Virus record (IMG/VR): IMGVR_UViG_3300032225_001322
Coordinates: 64,001 to 128,000 of that record
Source of the DNA: a virus
Lineage: Duplodnaviria; Caudoviricetes
Length of the DNA: 64,000 bases
Reading direction: 5' to 3' (one strand)
Positions 9,674-19,331 of this stretch are shown in pieces. Positions within the stretch are counted from its first letter, which is position 1; every line of letters starts with the position of its first letter. The notes below the pieces were generated by a model. That model saw nothing but the letters and a program-made list of their open reading frames with translations. It ran no database searches and was not told the origin of the DNA. Both the position numbers and the translations under genes were made by a program.

Positions 9674-10330
9674 TTAAACCGTATTAGTATTGACGGAAGC
9701 TGCGCCAGTAGCCACAGTTCCAACTGTGTAAGCAATAGCTTGACCTACACCTGTTGGGGTTCCAGCGCCATTAACTTGGATTGCGTTATCGTATGTAATT
9801 GTTAAACTAACTTTAACTGCTTCTGATGTAGCATAATCCATTGTGTTATAATTAACATCTTTTAAGTAAGCGCCAAGGATATTCCATTCTTCTAATACTG
9901 TAGGTTCGTTAGTACCATTACCACCATCGAGTACTTGGAAGCCAATTGAGAATTTATAATCAATTCCTGAAGCTCCAGAACTTTGCTCCATAAAGTCTAA
10001 TTGTTTTTGTAATTGTTCACCAACTAATCTACTTACATTGCCTTGAGCATCATCGCGCAGATCGCATGTAATATCAGTCCAGGAGTGCTTACCAGCAAGT
10101 TTAACAGTACTATTGTAAATTGGTAATTTGATTTCTTCAAACTGTACATGCGGGCGATCAAACTTCATAACTTGTTTTGTAAGCTCTGTAGTAGGTGTGC
10201 TTACGCCAAAATTATTAAAGAAAACACGGAAGCGATATGCCAATTTAGGCATTAATAAGCCCTGTGTTGATGCGCTTTGACCGTCTGCCCCTAGTGGGAC
10301 TGTCATGTTAGTTAATGAGGATGTTGCCAT
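9674..10330 (-). CDS. Tail tube protein (T4 gp19-like)
   Basis: KLAGKHSWTDITCDLRDD, WNILGAY and LTITYD motifs; follows the sheath gene. Confidence 0.85.
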   Translation of the reverse strand: MATSSLTNMTVPLGADGQSASTQGLLMPKLAYRFRVFFNNFGVSTPTTELTKQVMKFDRPHVQFEEIKLPIYNSTVKLAGKHSWTDITCDLRDDAQGNVSRLVGEQLQKQLDFMEQSSGASGIDYKFSIGFQVLDGGNGTNEPTVLEEWNILGAYLKDVNYNTMDYATSEAVKVSLTITYDNAIQVNGAGTPTGVGQAIAYTVGTVATGAASVNTNTV

Positions 10331-10351
10331 TTGTTAATCTCCGATATACTT

Positions 10352-10358
10352 TATTTAG
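10352..10358 (-). promoter_or_regulatory. Late-promoter-like CTAAATA upstream of tail tube
   Basis: TATTTAG on plus strand, intergenic; GGAG Shine-Dalgarno downstream. Confidence 0.55.
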
Positions 10359-10364
10359 TTAATA

Positions 10365-10388
10365 AAGTTGGGCAAAAATGCCCAACTT
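10365..10388 (-). terminator. Stem-loop terminator after the sheath gene
   Basis: AAGTTGGGCA-AAAA-TGCCCAACTT perfect 10-bp stem just after the sheath stop, with a T-rich run at its 3' side on the minus strand. Confidence 0.65.
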
Positions 10389-10391
10389 ATA

Positions 10392-13300
10392 TTAGGCAGC
10401 CGCCTGCGCCGCAATCGCTCCAGTATTTTCAATACGCAATGGAATATAAATGAATTCTACTGCTTTTACTGGTTCAATCGCAATATCAACCCATAACTGA
10501 TTCTGATCGATTGTTGTTGGTGTATTGTTTGAACTATCACATACAACCAAGTAGTCATAGATACCGCGTTTAGCTACCAAGTCAATCATTAGACTTACGA
10601 CTGAGTTACTAATTTCTGTACGGGTAATTTGATCGTTTGGTTCAAACAAGTATTGCTTACCAATTTGATTAAGTCTAGCACGAACAAAGCACACTAAACG
10701 AGCCACGTTAATACGATCCAATGCGGTTGCTGTTGCTTGTAATGTCTTATTACCAAAGTTAGTAATACCTACACCTGGGATATAAGTAATTGGATTAATC
10801 TGGTTTGAGTACAATACATCGCGCAAGGATTGGCCAACACTTAATGTTTCAAATATACCAGTGATACCATTTAAGTAGCCTAATTGTTGTGCGTTGTCGA
10901 CTAATCCACGGCGTGTACCAGCCGGAGCTAACCAAGGGAAAGCTACTTCGTCACTGCGAATAATAGTACGAATCATCATGTGGCTCGGATAAGTTACAAC
11001 GAAGTTTCCAGTTAAGTCGGTTGTGCGACAACTTGGATAGAATGTTGCGCCATAAGCATCGCCAGCTGCTAAATTACCGTCTGCTGTTGCTAAACCTAAT
11101 CCATTATTATTGCTAGCCCATGTAGCTACATTTTCTGGAGTCAAACGCAATGGTGTATCAATAATGCTAAATGCTACATTATTGATTTCATTGTTTAATG
11201 CTTCCATATTAGGAGCTAATTCTGGATAACCAGTTACCGCAATTAAGTTATAGTTATTTTGCTCTTCACGGATTTGTGCGTTAGTATCGATAGCAACTCT
11301 TAAAGCTTCGACAATAATCTGACGCTGTGATTGACGGCCCATGTATGGACTGCCATCTGGACGACTACCAGTAGCACTTACCCATGTATTAAACACATCT
11401 TGTAATGCCCAATAAGACGCATTAGTATCCGGCTGTTCATTTGAATTATTTTCAATACAAGCATAAACTAGACTATTATACTGTACATATTCGCCAATAG
11501 TGTATGATGTAGTAGAATCCCAATCATATGTTGGGAAACTTTGATTATTGAAATAATTTAACTCAAACTGCTTAACATTGAATCCAGAACGACGAGTATT
11601 CCATAACAAGATACCTGTTGGATATAGTTCTGCCATAGGAGCATCTGGGTCTAAATAGTTGCTAGTCAACAAACTTTCGATTGTTGGTAGAGCATCGGCC
11701 ACAGGATCAGTTGTACCATTTGGTGCCCAACGAGCATCGGCGAAAAGAATTCCGCTTGACTGTGTTTGATCTGAATTTACAATCTGTACCCACTGATCAA
11801 CTCCGTCAACAGCTTGCCAACGATATATCAAAGGATAATCTTCTAAATCACTAGTATTAACCCATAGATCACCATATACCAATGGACTAGAGGACGCATC
11901 ATTTTGTGTTAGTGGTGCTGTGGCGCTAATAATAGGACCAGTAGCATTTGTCATAGATAAATCGTAACCGCGAGAATCAGATGTGACCGTTTGATAACCT
12001 TGCCATACTCCGTTATTTTGTATCATGATATCTACTTGTGTAGGATCACTGTAATACCAATATGTTCCACTTGTTGGATTTTCGCCTGGTGTAGTTTCAC
12101 TAGCTGTGTAACTAAATGTTGGGCTACCTACCCAATTACTTAAAATAACACCTGTTGCGGAGCCATTTACATAATTGTTGCGTACCAAGAAAGTACCGCT
12201 TGATGAAGTTTGTGCAATAAATCCAGCTGTTGTAAGTGGGGTGCCAGTGACATTTGTCAAGTAGATATCACCGCCTGCGCTATGTGTCAACACAATAGCA
12301 CCAGTACTTGCTATGCTAGCACTTACATAAGGAATATTAGCACTACTTACTGCTTCTATAAAGTCTGTAGCTGTCGTGCCGTTAATAGTTACAGTAACAG
12401 ATGTAATACTTGCTGTACCAGGCTGTGTAGCGCCAACAGTAAACTCATTACCATTTACAAAAGTTTGTGTGGTAGTTGTACCTGTAACAACTGTTGCTCC
12501 TGTGACATACCGACTTAGGATTAAATAACCAGACTTGCCATCGCTGAATGGATAACTTTGTGCATACAAAGACCCAGCTGGAATAGCTGTTCCACCTGTA
12601 CTTGGATCATAACCATAGATTGCCGTAGCATCACTAGTATATACTGGAACAGATTTAATAACATAAGCGCCTAATATGGAATTATATTGCTTCATTACCA
12701 ATGTTGTACCAAGATTAATACTGTTAGATTTCTGCCATATAGAACCTGTAGCTGCTGGTCGAGGACTAAATGTATTCCATTGTGGAACTGTATAACTTGG
12801 GCTATTCTGATATGCTGGTGGATAGTATGTTCCTGGTGTGATACCTAATGTTGTTAATGGTGTACCTGTACCGTTAGCAAGAACTACTGTACCTGCTCCA
12901 GACGAAACATTACCGCCAGCACCAGCTGTAACATTTGCTGTACTAGCAAAAGTCACACTAGATGTTGTAGCATTGGCAACAGAATATGTGCCGTTAAAAC
13001 TAGAATTATTAGCCCCATCAACAGTTATCTTACTACCAACCGCAAACGGAACACTACCTTGTGTACTGAAAGAAGCCACAGCAGATGTGCCGTTACCTAC
13101 AATACCAGTAATAGAAATACTAGTACCAGTAGCTGTAGAGTTAGCATATAGATATAATGATCCGCCGATATTGGCAGCATGTACACCAGGGATAGAGGCT
13201 GTAGTGATAGCATTAACTACACCAGTTACTGTGGCATTACCGCCAGACGGAACTGTAATTAAAGACCCGTTAACTGTAAATGTATTACTAGCAGTCAACG

Positions 13301-14039
13301 ATGTTGGTGTATAACTACCTTCTACCGTAGGCCACGCTAATTGCCAATCACCACTACCAACTTGTACCCAAGTATTATAATTGTTGATTAGTGTTGTGTC
13401 AGTAGTCTGACCAGTTGTTGCTCCGCCAGCTTTGAAATAAATTGGATTACTTGTATATGTGGTTGTAACAGCATATTGCCCGATACTACCATAGCTCTGT
13501 AATGGCACACTCGTATTTGCATTTAAATATTCAGAATTAGTAATATTCAATGGAATCTGATTAGTAAATGCGCCAGTAGTTTGATTCCATTGGAATAATC
13601 CCCATTGTGTGTTATCAGTATCTAACCAATATGTCCCGTTAGGAGGATTTCCTGTTGGGCGTGTCAATGAAGCTGAAAGCGCAGCTAAATCAACATTAGC
13701 ACGGAGTACATAGCACTGATTAGTAATACCTAATGCGGAATAAGCAGCTAATAAACCGTATTCGTTTAATTCGTAACCATTGATCGGAGTGCCATTTGTA
13801 GTAGTATAAAAGAACGGATTGCCGTACTGAGCAAGTAAAGCTCTTTGACTAGTAGCCAAGAACAATTGATCCGCATTAGCATTTAATGTGCCTGGAGCAA
13901 TTCCTGTGCCTGCTGCTGATAGTTTGTTACTAGCTGTAGCTATAACTATAAGTGGGACTGAATTTGTAGCGGCTGGTAAGTATTGACTTTCATCAACTAC
14001 TGTGACTTGTACGCCTGGAGATACTAATGTGTTTGCCAT
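10392..14039 (-). CDS. Contractile tail sheath protein (T4 gp18-like) with large inserted domains
   Basis: N-terminal LVSPGVQVTVVDES; C-terminal PWLAPAGTRRG, LYSNQINPI, LDRINVARL, LFEPND, IEPVKAVEFIYI. Confidence 0.93.
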   Translation of the reverse strand: MANTLVSPGVQVTVVDESQYLPAATNSVPLIVIATASNKLSAAGTGIAPGTLNANADQLFLATSQRALLAQYGNPFFYTTTNGTPINGYELNEYGLLAAYSALGITNQCYVLRANVDLAALSASLTRPTGNPPNGTYWLDTDNTQWGLFQWNQTTGAFTNQIPLNITNSEYLNANTSVPLQSYGSIGQYAVTTTYTSNPIYFKAGGATTGQTTDTTLINNYNTWVQVGSGDWQLAWPTVEGSYTPTSLTASNTFTVNGSLITVPSGGNATVTGVVNAITTASIPGVHAANIGGSLYLYANSTATGTSISITGIVGNGTSAVASFSTQGSVPFAVGSKITVDGANNSSFNGTYSVANATTSSVTFASTANVTAGAGGNVSSGAGTVVLANGTGTPLTTLGITPGTYYPPAYQNSPSYTVPQWNTFSPRPAATGSIWQKSNSINLGTTLVMKQYNSILGAYVIKSVPVYTSDATAIYGYDPSTGGTAIPAGSLYAQSYPFSDGKSGYLILSRYVTGATVVTGTTTTQTFVNGNEFTVGATQPGTASITSVTVTINGTTATDFIEAVSSANIPYVSASIASTGAIVLTHSAGGDIYLTNVTGTPLTTAGFIAQTSSSGTFLVRNNYVNGSATGVILSNWVGSPTFSYTASETTPGENPTSGTYWYYSDPTQVDIMIQNNGVWQGYQTVTSDSRGYDLSMTNATGPIISATAPLTQNDASSSPLVYGDLWVNTSDLEDYPLIYRWQAVDGVDQWVQIVNSDQTQSSGILFADARWAPNGTTDPVADALPTIESLLTSNYLDPDAPMAELYPTGILLWNTRRSGFNVKQFELNYFNNQSFPTYDWDSTTSYTIGEYVQYNSLVYACIENNSNEQPDTNASYWALQDVFNTWVSATGSRPDGSPYMGRQSQRQIIVEALRVAIDTNAQIREEQNNYNLIAVTGYPELAPNMEALNNEINNVAFSIIDTPLRLTPENVATWASNNNGLGLATADGNLAAGDAYGATFYPSCRTTDLTGNFVVTYPSHMMIRTIIRSDEVAFPWLAPAGTRRGLVDNAQQLGYLNGITGIFETLSVGQSLRDVLYSNQINPITYIPGVGITNFGNKTLQATATALDRINVARLVCFVRARLNQIGKQYLFEPNDQITRTEISNSVVSLMIDLVAKRGIYDYLVVCDSSNNTPTTIDQNQLWVDIAIEPVKAVEFIYIPLRIENTGAIAAQAAA

Positions 14040-14067
14040 AGCAAAAATCCTTTTTATTAATTATTAA

Positions 14068-14074
14068 TATTTAG
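14068..14074 (-). promoter_or_regulatory. Late-promoter-like CTAAATA upstream of sheath
   Basis: TATTTAG intergenic on plus strand; AAGGA Shine-Dalgarno between it and the ATG. Confidence 0.55.
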
Positions 14075-14140
14075 CATTTTAATCAAAAAGACTCCAATAA
14101 TCGCGGCCTATATAGTAGGTTCGCCCGCATAAATACCCGT

Positions 14141-14485
14141 ATGCGCCCCATATGTCCTGCTTGTAATCAACGCCCTAGGGCTATAGCTTATCATAGAAAC
14201 GATAAAATTTATTATCGTAGCAGATGTACAATGTGTATTCGCAAAAAAAGAAAAGAAAAAGTCCAAACTCCGCTATGGGAGTTAAAAGGCTATAAAAAGA
14301 AAACAGTTTGTGATCGTTGCGGGTTTAGATCTAGATGGGCGGCCCAACTACTAGTATTTCATATAGATGGAAATCTAAACAACAACGGAGTTCGTAATTT
14401 AAAAACTATATGCCAAAACTGTGTGATAGATGTTAAGAAAGCTGATTTACCGTGGAGGGCTGGAGATTTGTCACCAGATTCTTAA
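14141..14485 (+). CDS. Zinc-binding HNH-like protein
   Basis: CPAC, CTMC, CDRC and CQNC pairs plus HIDGNLNNN..NL; ATAAATA 5 nt upstream. Confidence 0.7.
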   Translation: MRPICPACNQRPRAIAYHRNDKIYYRSRCTMCIRKKRKEKVQTPLWELKGYKKKTVCDRCGFRSRWAAQLLVFHIDGNLNNNGVRNLKTICQNCVIDVKKADLPWRAGDLSPDS

Positions 14486-15098
14486 CTTGAGCGTATAAAT
14501 TGTCTAACCCGTCTGCATTATTATCTACTACATAATCAAACTCAGTCCCAATCCAAGCAGTCTCGCTGGCATGAATATTGTAGTTTTCCAGTAGAGTTTT
14601 GGCCCTACTCCAATTAAGATTTTTAGGGCCTTCGTTTACACTTTGAGCCAGCTCAAACCACTCGGGTTCAGGGCCACGGACAACACGGATCACAATACCG
14701 CCAGCATTCTTTATCGCTCGAATTTCGTTAGGAAAACGACAATCTGATATTACAACGTCGTCATGTGTCTTGCGTAATTTGTTTTCTAAACTAGCAATCC
14801 AGATGTCGTCGTGAAAGCTCTTTCTAGCCACCTCTGTACCCCAAAACTGTAATACCCAGCGTGGAGTAAGGTTGGGCATACTTAATCGTTCTGCCCACCA
14901 AGGGTCCACTTGTTCACGCCATTCTCTACTTTCGCGAGTACGGCCTTCTAATAATTCTCTGTCCCACCCAAATACTGATGATACAGCATCTTTAAGTGTA
15001 TGGGCAAATGATTCTCGTCGGAATTGGTGTATATTTTGTAAGTAGTCAGCAATAGTATCTTTGCCTGACCCGATCAATCCACAAATTCCAATAATCAT
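14433..15098 (-). CDS. Deoxynucleoside monophosphate kinase (T4 gp1-like)
   Basis: P-loop GLIGSGKDT, SFAHTLKD, TPRWVLQFWGTE, ISDCRFPNE, HASE. Confidence 0.92.
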   Translation of the reverse strand: MIIGICGLIGSGKDTIADYLQNIHQFRRESFAHTLKDAVSSVFGWDRELLEGRTRESREWREQVDPWWAERLSMPNLTPRWVLQFWGTEVARKSFHDDIWIASLENKLRKTHDDVVISDCRFPNEIRAIKNAGGIVIRVVRGPEPEWFELAQSVNEGPKNLNWSRAKTLLENYNIHASETAWIGTEFDYVVDNNADGLDNLYAQVKNLVTNLQPSTVNQLS

Positions 15099-15118
15099 AA
15101 TTCGTCCTTTTTTTAAAA

Positions 15119-15643
15119 TTACTTAATTTCTTTGATGTTCAAGTGTCTAAATGTCGCTTGTAACATATCGATCTGACGCTTACAGTCCTCCAGTGCGTGA
15201 TGTGAAGTGGGCGGACGAGGACAGTTGGGCCATAGGGAATATATAGTTCTTGCGTCGCGTACTTTATAGAACTGCCAAGGTTGTACTCTACCTAAAGATT
15301 TATATGCGTGTTCAAGGATATTCATGTCGTAAGTTGGACCGTTAGCCCATACAAAGTCGGCATGCCATGTTAGTTTGTGTAGGCCGTCTAGAGCATCACT
15401 TAGAGAAATCCTGCCTTCCTCGTTAAATGCTTCTGCACTTGCTTCGGGTTGGGTGGCCCACCAATTTATAGTATCGTCGGTAATAGCACGACCTTCTTGA
15501 CTTTCTAAAGTGACTCGAGCATAGAAATGATTTAATCCATACCCCATGCCAAATGGATCAAAAGATTGTGCTGCGATTGTTAAAATAGTAGCATCTGGCG
15601 TAGTTGCCAAACCTTCTATGTCGATCATTATGTGTTGTGCCAT
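15119..15643 (-). CDS. DEDDh 3'-5' exonuclease (Rv2179c/DexA-like)
   Basis: MIDIEGL, WANGPTYD, RDART and HHALEDC motifs. Confidence 0.85.
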   Translation of the reverse strand: MAQHIMIDIEGLATTPDATILTIAAQSFDPFGMGYGLNHFYARVTLESQEGRAITDDTINWWATQPEASAEAFNEEGRISLSDALDGLHKLTWHADFVWANGPTYDMNILEHAYKSLGRVQPWQFYKVRDARTIYSLWPNCPRPPTSHHALEDCKRQIDMLQATFRHLNIKEIK

Positions 15644-15649
15644 ACTGTA

Positions 15650-15678
15650 AGTATAACACGATTTAAAATTAATTACAA
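15650..15678 (-). promoter_or_regulatory. Sigma70-like promoter TTGTAA-17-TATACT with extended -10
   Basis: -35 at 15673-15678, -10 at 15650-15655, TG extension, 6 nt before the ATG at 15643. Confidence 0.6.
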
Positions 15679-15685
15679 GTAATTT

Positions 15686-16456
15686 TTAGCCAATTACCCA
15701 TGTAAGTGGCTGACTGCCATCAACATAGTTTTTCAAATCTTCGATACATTTTGCCATAACAGCCATGCCTTCAGCTTTCATTGCGGCTCCATTTAAGGTT
15801 GTGCCGCCCTGTGGGCCAGATATGGTGCCAAACTTTTCGCGAGCTTCGCCAATAATTAATTTACAGTTTCCGTACATATAGTCACGGATCCATTGACGAA
15901 TTTGGAAATCAGAAAGTAGATTTACTTCTGGTTTTAAGTTGTAAGTCCATAGTAAAACATTCTCACCAACACCCTTGGGATCGCGAATTAATTGTAATTT
16001 TTTGGTAACTGGGTTCCATGTATAGTTCATGTAAGCACCAAACATACGACCAGCAAGTTCAACATATTGTGAGTAGAAATCGTAGGTAGCAAGTCCACCT
16101 GCCACATTAAAATTCATCAAGTAAACATTCAATGTTGCCTGACTAAATGGGTCAAAGTTGGAGGCATATGGGCCGGTTGAATCACCAAATGTTCTACGGA
16201 ATATCTGACGAACTTGGATAACTTCTTCAGGTAAATCGTAGATGTTTACATTGGTTACGAGCTCCATAAAGGTATAACTTTCTTCATAAGCGTTTTGTGC
16301 CCGCTGACGATAAGTGCCTATTGTAGCACGATAAGCCGCTTCAAAATGACCGGCGTCTAGCTCAATATCAACGATTTCGTCGGCTAATTGAAGTCGAACA
16401 TATTCAATTAGTTGTTGTTTAAGGGTTTCTAATGTAGATTCAGATTGCAATGCCAT
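15686..16456 (-). CDS. Neck protein (T4 gp13-like head-tail adaptor)
   Basis: LADEIVDIELD, WIRDY, IIGEAREKF...GPQGGTTLNG pattern; CTAAATA at 16475-16481. Confidence 0.8.
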   Translation of the reverse strand: MALQSESTLETLKQQLIEYVRLQLADEIVDIELDAGHFEAAYRATIGTYRQRAQNAYEESYTFMELVTNVNIYDLPEEVIQVRQIFRRTFGDSTGPYASNFDPFSQATLNVYLMNFNVAGGLATYDFYSQYVELAGRMFGAYMNYTWNPVTKKLQLIRDPKGVGENVLLWTYNLKPEVNLLSDFQIRQWIRDYMYGNCKLIIGEAREKFGTISGPQGGTTLNGAAMKAEGMAVMAKCIEDLKNYVDGSQPLTWVIG

Positions 16457-16486
16457 ATGGACTCCATGTCCATATATTTAGCATTT

Positions 16487-17632
16487 TTACCAGGCTTTTA
16501 GAATGATTGTATTCTCGTTACCGCGCCCTGTAAACTTAGTTTCCGTAGCTTTAATATCTCCAAACGATTTACGCATTGCTGGCTTTCCGCCCGACATAAC
16601 TGCTTTAATTTGTTCGGCTGGTTTGCGTAAAGTTTTCTGTACAGTTGTCATAGCATCAAAAGCAATAATGGCAGAACCCTTGACCGTAAATGTACCTAAG
16701 TGTGCGTCGGCCATGACATGGATTAATTTGCGTTTTGCTGTATCGTACAACCAAGCTTCGCTTGCGTTCACAAGTTTTGCTGGGTTTTCAGACTTGAGAT
16801 TAAACTCTGCAAATTCTTTAAGGTACTTAAATTTGCTTGACTGTCTTTCTGGACTTACTGCTTTCTTAGCACGAGGCTTGCGTTCTACTTTCTTAATACT
16901 AATGTAAGACGAGCAGTCTGCTAGTACAGTTTCACAGAATTTTACGCATTGCTTTAGTTGTGCTTTGGACAAATGACTATAGCCTTCTACTAGTTGTTCG
17001 TCGGTGCCTTCTAACACTTCATTAAATTCTTGTAGGCGCAAATCCCATACTCGAGTAATGTTAGGAATCATCTGCGGACTAATATTCATGCCGCGAATTA
17101 GTGCGATAGGTTTAAAGTCAGCTGACATCTTTGCGCCAGCCACAATAAAATCATCAAACATTCCCTCGAGCTCTCCAGCACACTCACTTGCCTTTTCGCG
17201 AAGATGATCTTGAATAGTTAGTTTTACTTGGGCTGTTTCCTCGTCGGTGGCCGCGACTTTTTTGATTTCTTGTTTAGATTTAAGCATCAACGAAATCTGC
17301 TCATCTAAAACACATTGTTCGTGCTCGTTAAGTATTAATCCCATTACACTCATACGACATACCCAAGCTGGTGTCACACGAATTTGACTGTCAGGAATGC
17401 CACGTATTAGTCGAGCATCAGCTTTGCGATGATTAATTTCCAAATACATAGCAATCATATCTTTGGCATCTTTTTTGCCATAGTGATAATTGTACCATTG
17501 GAATGCATTAGCAAAGGAACTAATACGATTAGTTTCGTCTGGTTGAATTCGCCACTCTGGTTCAAAGCCAACATATTTGGTTTCGGCACCCTTGGGGTTT
17601 AATCTTTTAATTGTAGTTTCGTTTTTTGCCAT
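16487..17632 (-). CDS. Conserved hypothetical phage protein (basic C-terminal domain)
   Basis: 381-aa ORF with own sigma70-like promoter; C-terminal VKGSAI..FD, KTLRKP and GR.NENTIILK resemble an unnamed T4-superfamily protein. Confidence 0.75.
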   Translation of the reverse strand: MAKNETTIKRLNPKGAETKYVGFEPEWRIQPDETNRISSFANAFQWYNYHYGKKDAKDMIAMYLEINHRKADARLIRGIPDSQIRVTPAWVCRMSVMGLILNEHEQCVLDEQISLMLKSKQEIKKVAATDEETAQVKLTIQDHLREKASECAGELEGMFDDFIVAGAKMSADFKPIALIRGMNISPQMIPNITRVWDLRLQEFNEVLEGTDEQLVEGYSHLSKAQLKQCVKFCETVLADCSSYISIKKVERKPRAKKAVSPERQSSKFKYLKEFAEFNLKSENPAKLVNASEAWLYDTAKRKLIHVMADAHLGTFTVKGSAIIAFDAMTTVQKTLRKPAEQIKAVMSGGKPAMRKSFGDIKATETKFTGRGNENTIILKAW

Positions 17633-17641
17633 AGTTTTAAT

Positions 17642-17670
17642 AGTGTAATGTCTGTGGTGGTAAATGTCAA
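17642..17670 (-). promoter_or_regulatory. Sigma70-like promoter TTGACA-17-TACACT
   Basis: -35 at 17665-17670, -10 at 17642-17647, 9 nt before the ATG at 17632. Confidence 0.7.
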
Positions 17671-17918
17671 CCTATCAATGCCGCAAAGGTAATGTGTTGT
17701 TCCAAATTATCCAATAATCCGTTTACTTGTTTTTTCAATTCAATAAATTTTGATGTTTCTCGTTTAAGTCTACGACACTCTACAGATTCCTGACTTAGGG
17801 CAGTAATCGTTCGATCTACGCTGGCTAACATTTTGCGTAAATCACGATAAGCTACCTTGTTTTTTACAGCAGATATTTGCTTTTCTGCGTGATTTACCCT
17901 GTCTAAAATATCATCCAT
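17667..17918 (-). CDS. Small coiled-coil hypothetical protein (start revised to ATG 17918, MDDILD...)
   Basis: The ORF-track TTG start at 17954 is the -35 box of a promoter; the ATG lies 7 nt after TATAAT. Confidence 0.65.
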   Translation of the reverse strand: MDDILDRVNHAEKQISAVKNKVAYRDLRKMLASVDRTITALSQESVECRRLKRETSKFIELKKQVNGLLDNLEQHITFAALIG

Positions 17919-17925
17919 AACAGTA

Positions 17926-17954
17926 ATTATATAGTATTGGGAATTACTAGTCAA
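17926..17954 (-). promoter_or_regulatory. Sigma70-like promoter TTGACT-17-TATAAT
   Basis: -35 at 17949-17954, -10 at 17926-17931; divergent from the CTAAATA at 17966-17972. Confidence 0.75.
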
Positions 17955-17965
17955 CCTACAAAAAG

Positions 17966-17972
17966 CTAAATA
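17966..17972 (+). promoter_or_regulatory. Late-promoter-like CTAAATA for the plus-strand neck/tail-terminator operon
   Basis: 6 nt upstream of the ATG at 17979. Confidence 0.6.
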
Positions 17973-17978
17973 CTTATT

Positions 17979-19331
17979 ATGCCTAGATTGTCCTTATATA
18001 GACCCAATAGAACCTCAGATTACCAATTTTTGGATCGCACAATTTCCGAACGTTATACTGTTGGCGGCCTCGATGTCTTTGTTCACAAATATCTTGGTCC
18101 TATAGTAGACACTACAGATAACCCTGGAAATAAAGATGCTACCTTACCTGTTTATACTTCAGAAAATCCACTATTCATCGAAGATTTACTGTTACTAGAA
18201 AATCGCGATCGTGCTTACGATCCTAACATTTATATCATGCGTGGTGTTTATACCCAGAACGATATTAATTTTGATTTAACACAATTTGGTTTATTTTTAA
18301 ACAACGATACATTGTACATTACATTTCACTACAATGATATGATTGACACTTATGGCCGTAAATTAATGGCCGGCGATGTTCTTGAATTACCCAATCTCAA
18401 AGATTACTATCCATTGAATAGTAACATTACTAGAGCATTACCTAAATATTATGTAATTCAGGACGCTAGTTATGCTTCAGAAGGTTTTAGTCAAACTTGG
18501 CTTCCACATACTTGGCGTGTTAAAGCTACGCCAATGGTCAATGCTCAAGAGTATAAACAGATTATGGATCAACCATTTATGCCCGATAATATTTGGGACG
18601 ATGGTAATTTTTATCCTCGCGGTGATGTTGTCAATGACGGCGGAAAATATTACGAAGCCACGGCTAATGTGCCGCCAGGAACTCCTATTACCGATCCTAA
18701 TTATTGGGCATTGATTGAAAAACCAACTACATTAGGTGATGCTGATAGTACTCGCAATAAAGATTTAGCTATCAATGATACTTTAATTATACAAGCTAAT
18801 GCTGATGTTCCGCTGTCGGGTTATGACAATGTTAGCTTTTATATATTGCCAACCACGCCTGCTGGCGAGCCTAGCAGTGGAGGATTATTTGCCGGCGATA
18901 AAAATGTTACAGTAGATGGAACACAACAAGGCGAGGGCGAAACTCCCAAGAGTTTTGGATACACCATGGGTTATTTGACTGGCGATAAGATGGCACCAAA
19001 TGGATTGCCAGTTACACCGGGCGTTAGTTTTCCCATGGGTCCATCGACAGGAGATTATTGTTTGCGACTAGATTATTTTCCAAATCGTTTATTCCGTTAC
19101 AATGGAGCGATGTGGACAGCTATATCCGATGATGTGCGTACTGATTTAGACTGGGGCTTTGATAATAAAACTCAGCGTAGTTCGTTTGTTAATAATCCAT
19201 ATACAGTATCTACATCAGATCAAGGTAATATACCAAGCCGTCAGTCGTTGTCTGAATTACTTAAACCAGAAGCTGATAACGGCAATCAAGGTGGCAACAA
19301 ACCGCCTAAACCAAGACCCCCAGGACGATAA
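17979..19331 (+). CDS. Neck/head-closure protein (T4 gp14-like) with CBM5/12-like insert
   Basis: LTQFGLFL.ND.LYITFH and GDVLELP pattern; coupled by TAATG to the gp15-like gene. Confidence 0.6.
   Translation: MPRLSLYRPNRTSDYQFLDRTISERYTVGGLDVFVHKYLGPIVDTTDNPGNKDATLPVYTSENPLFIEDLLLLENRDRAYDPNIYIMRGVYTQNDINFDLTQFGLFLNNDTLYITFHYNDMIDTYGRKLMAGDVLELPNLKDYYPLNSNITRALPKYYVIQDASYASEGFSQTWLPHTWRVKATPMVNAQEYKQIMDQPFMPDNIWDDGNFYPRGDVVNDGGKYYEATANVPPGTPITDPNYWALIEKPTTLGDADSTRNKDLAINDTLIIQANADVPLSGYDNVSFYILPTTPAGEPSSGGLFAGDKNVTVDGTQQGEGETPKSFGYTMGYLTGDKMAPNGLPVTPGVSFPMGPSTGDYCLRLDYFPNRLFRYNGAMWTAISDDVRTDLDWGFDNKTQRSSFVNNPYTVSTSDQGNIPSRQSLSELLKPEADNGNQGGNKPPKPRPPGR

Noticed and set aside
17919-17954. N-terminal extension of ORF 17667-17954 (and likewise 27926-27973 of the GT fusion)
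   Set aside because: The first coincides with a promoter (-35 TTGACT); the second overlaps the upstream gene, whereas ATG 27925 gives a standard ATGA coupling
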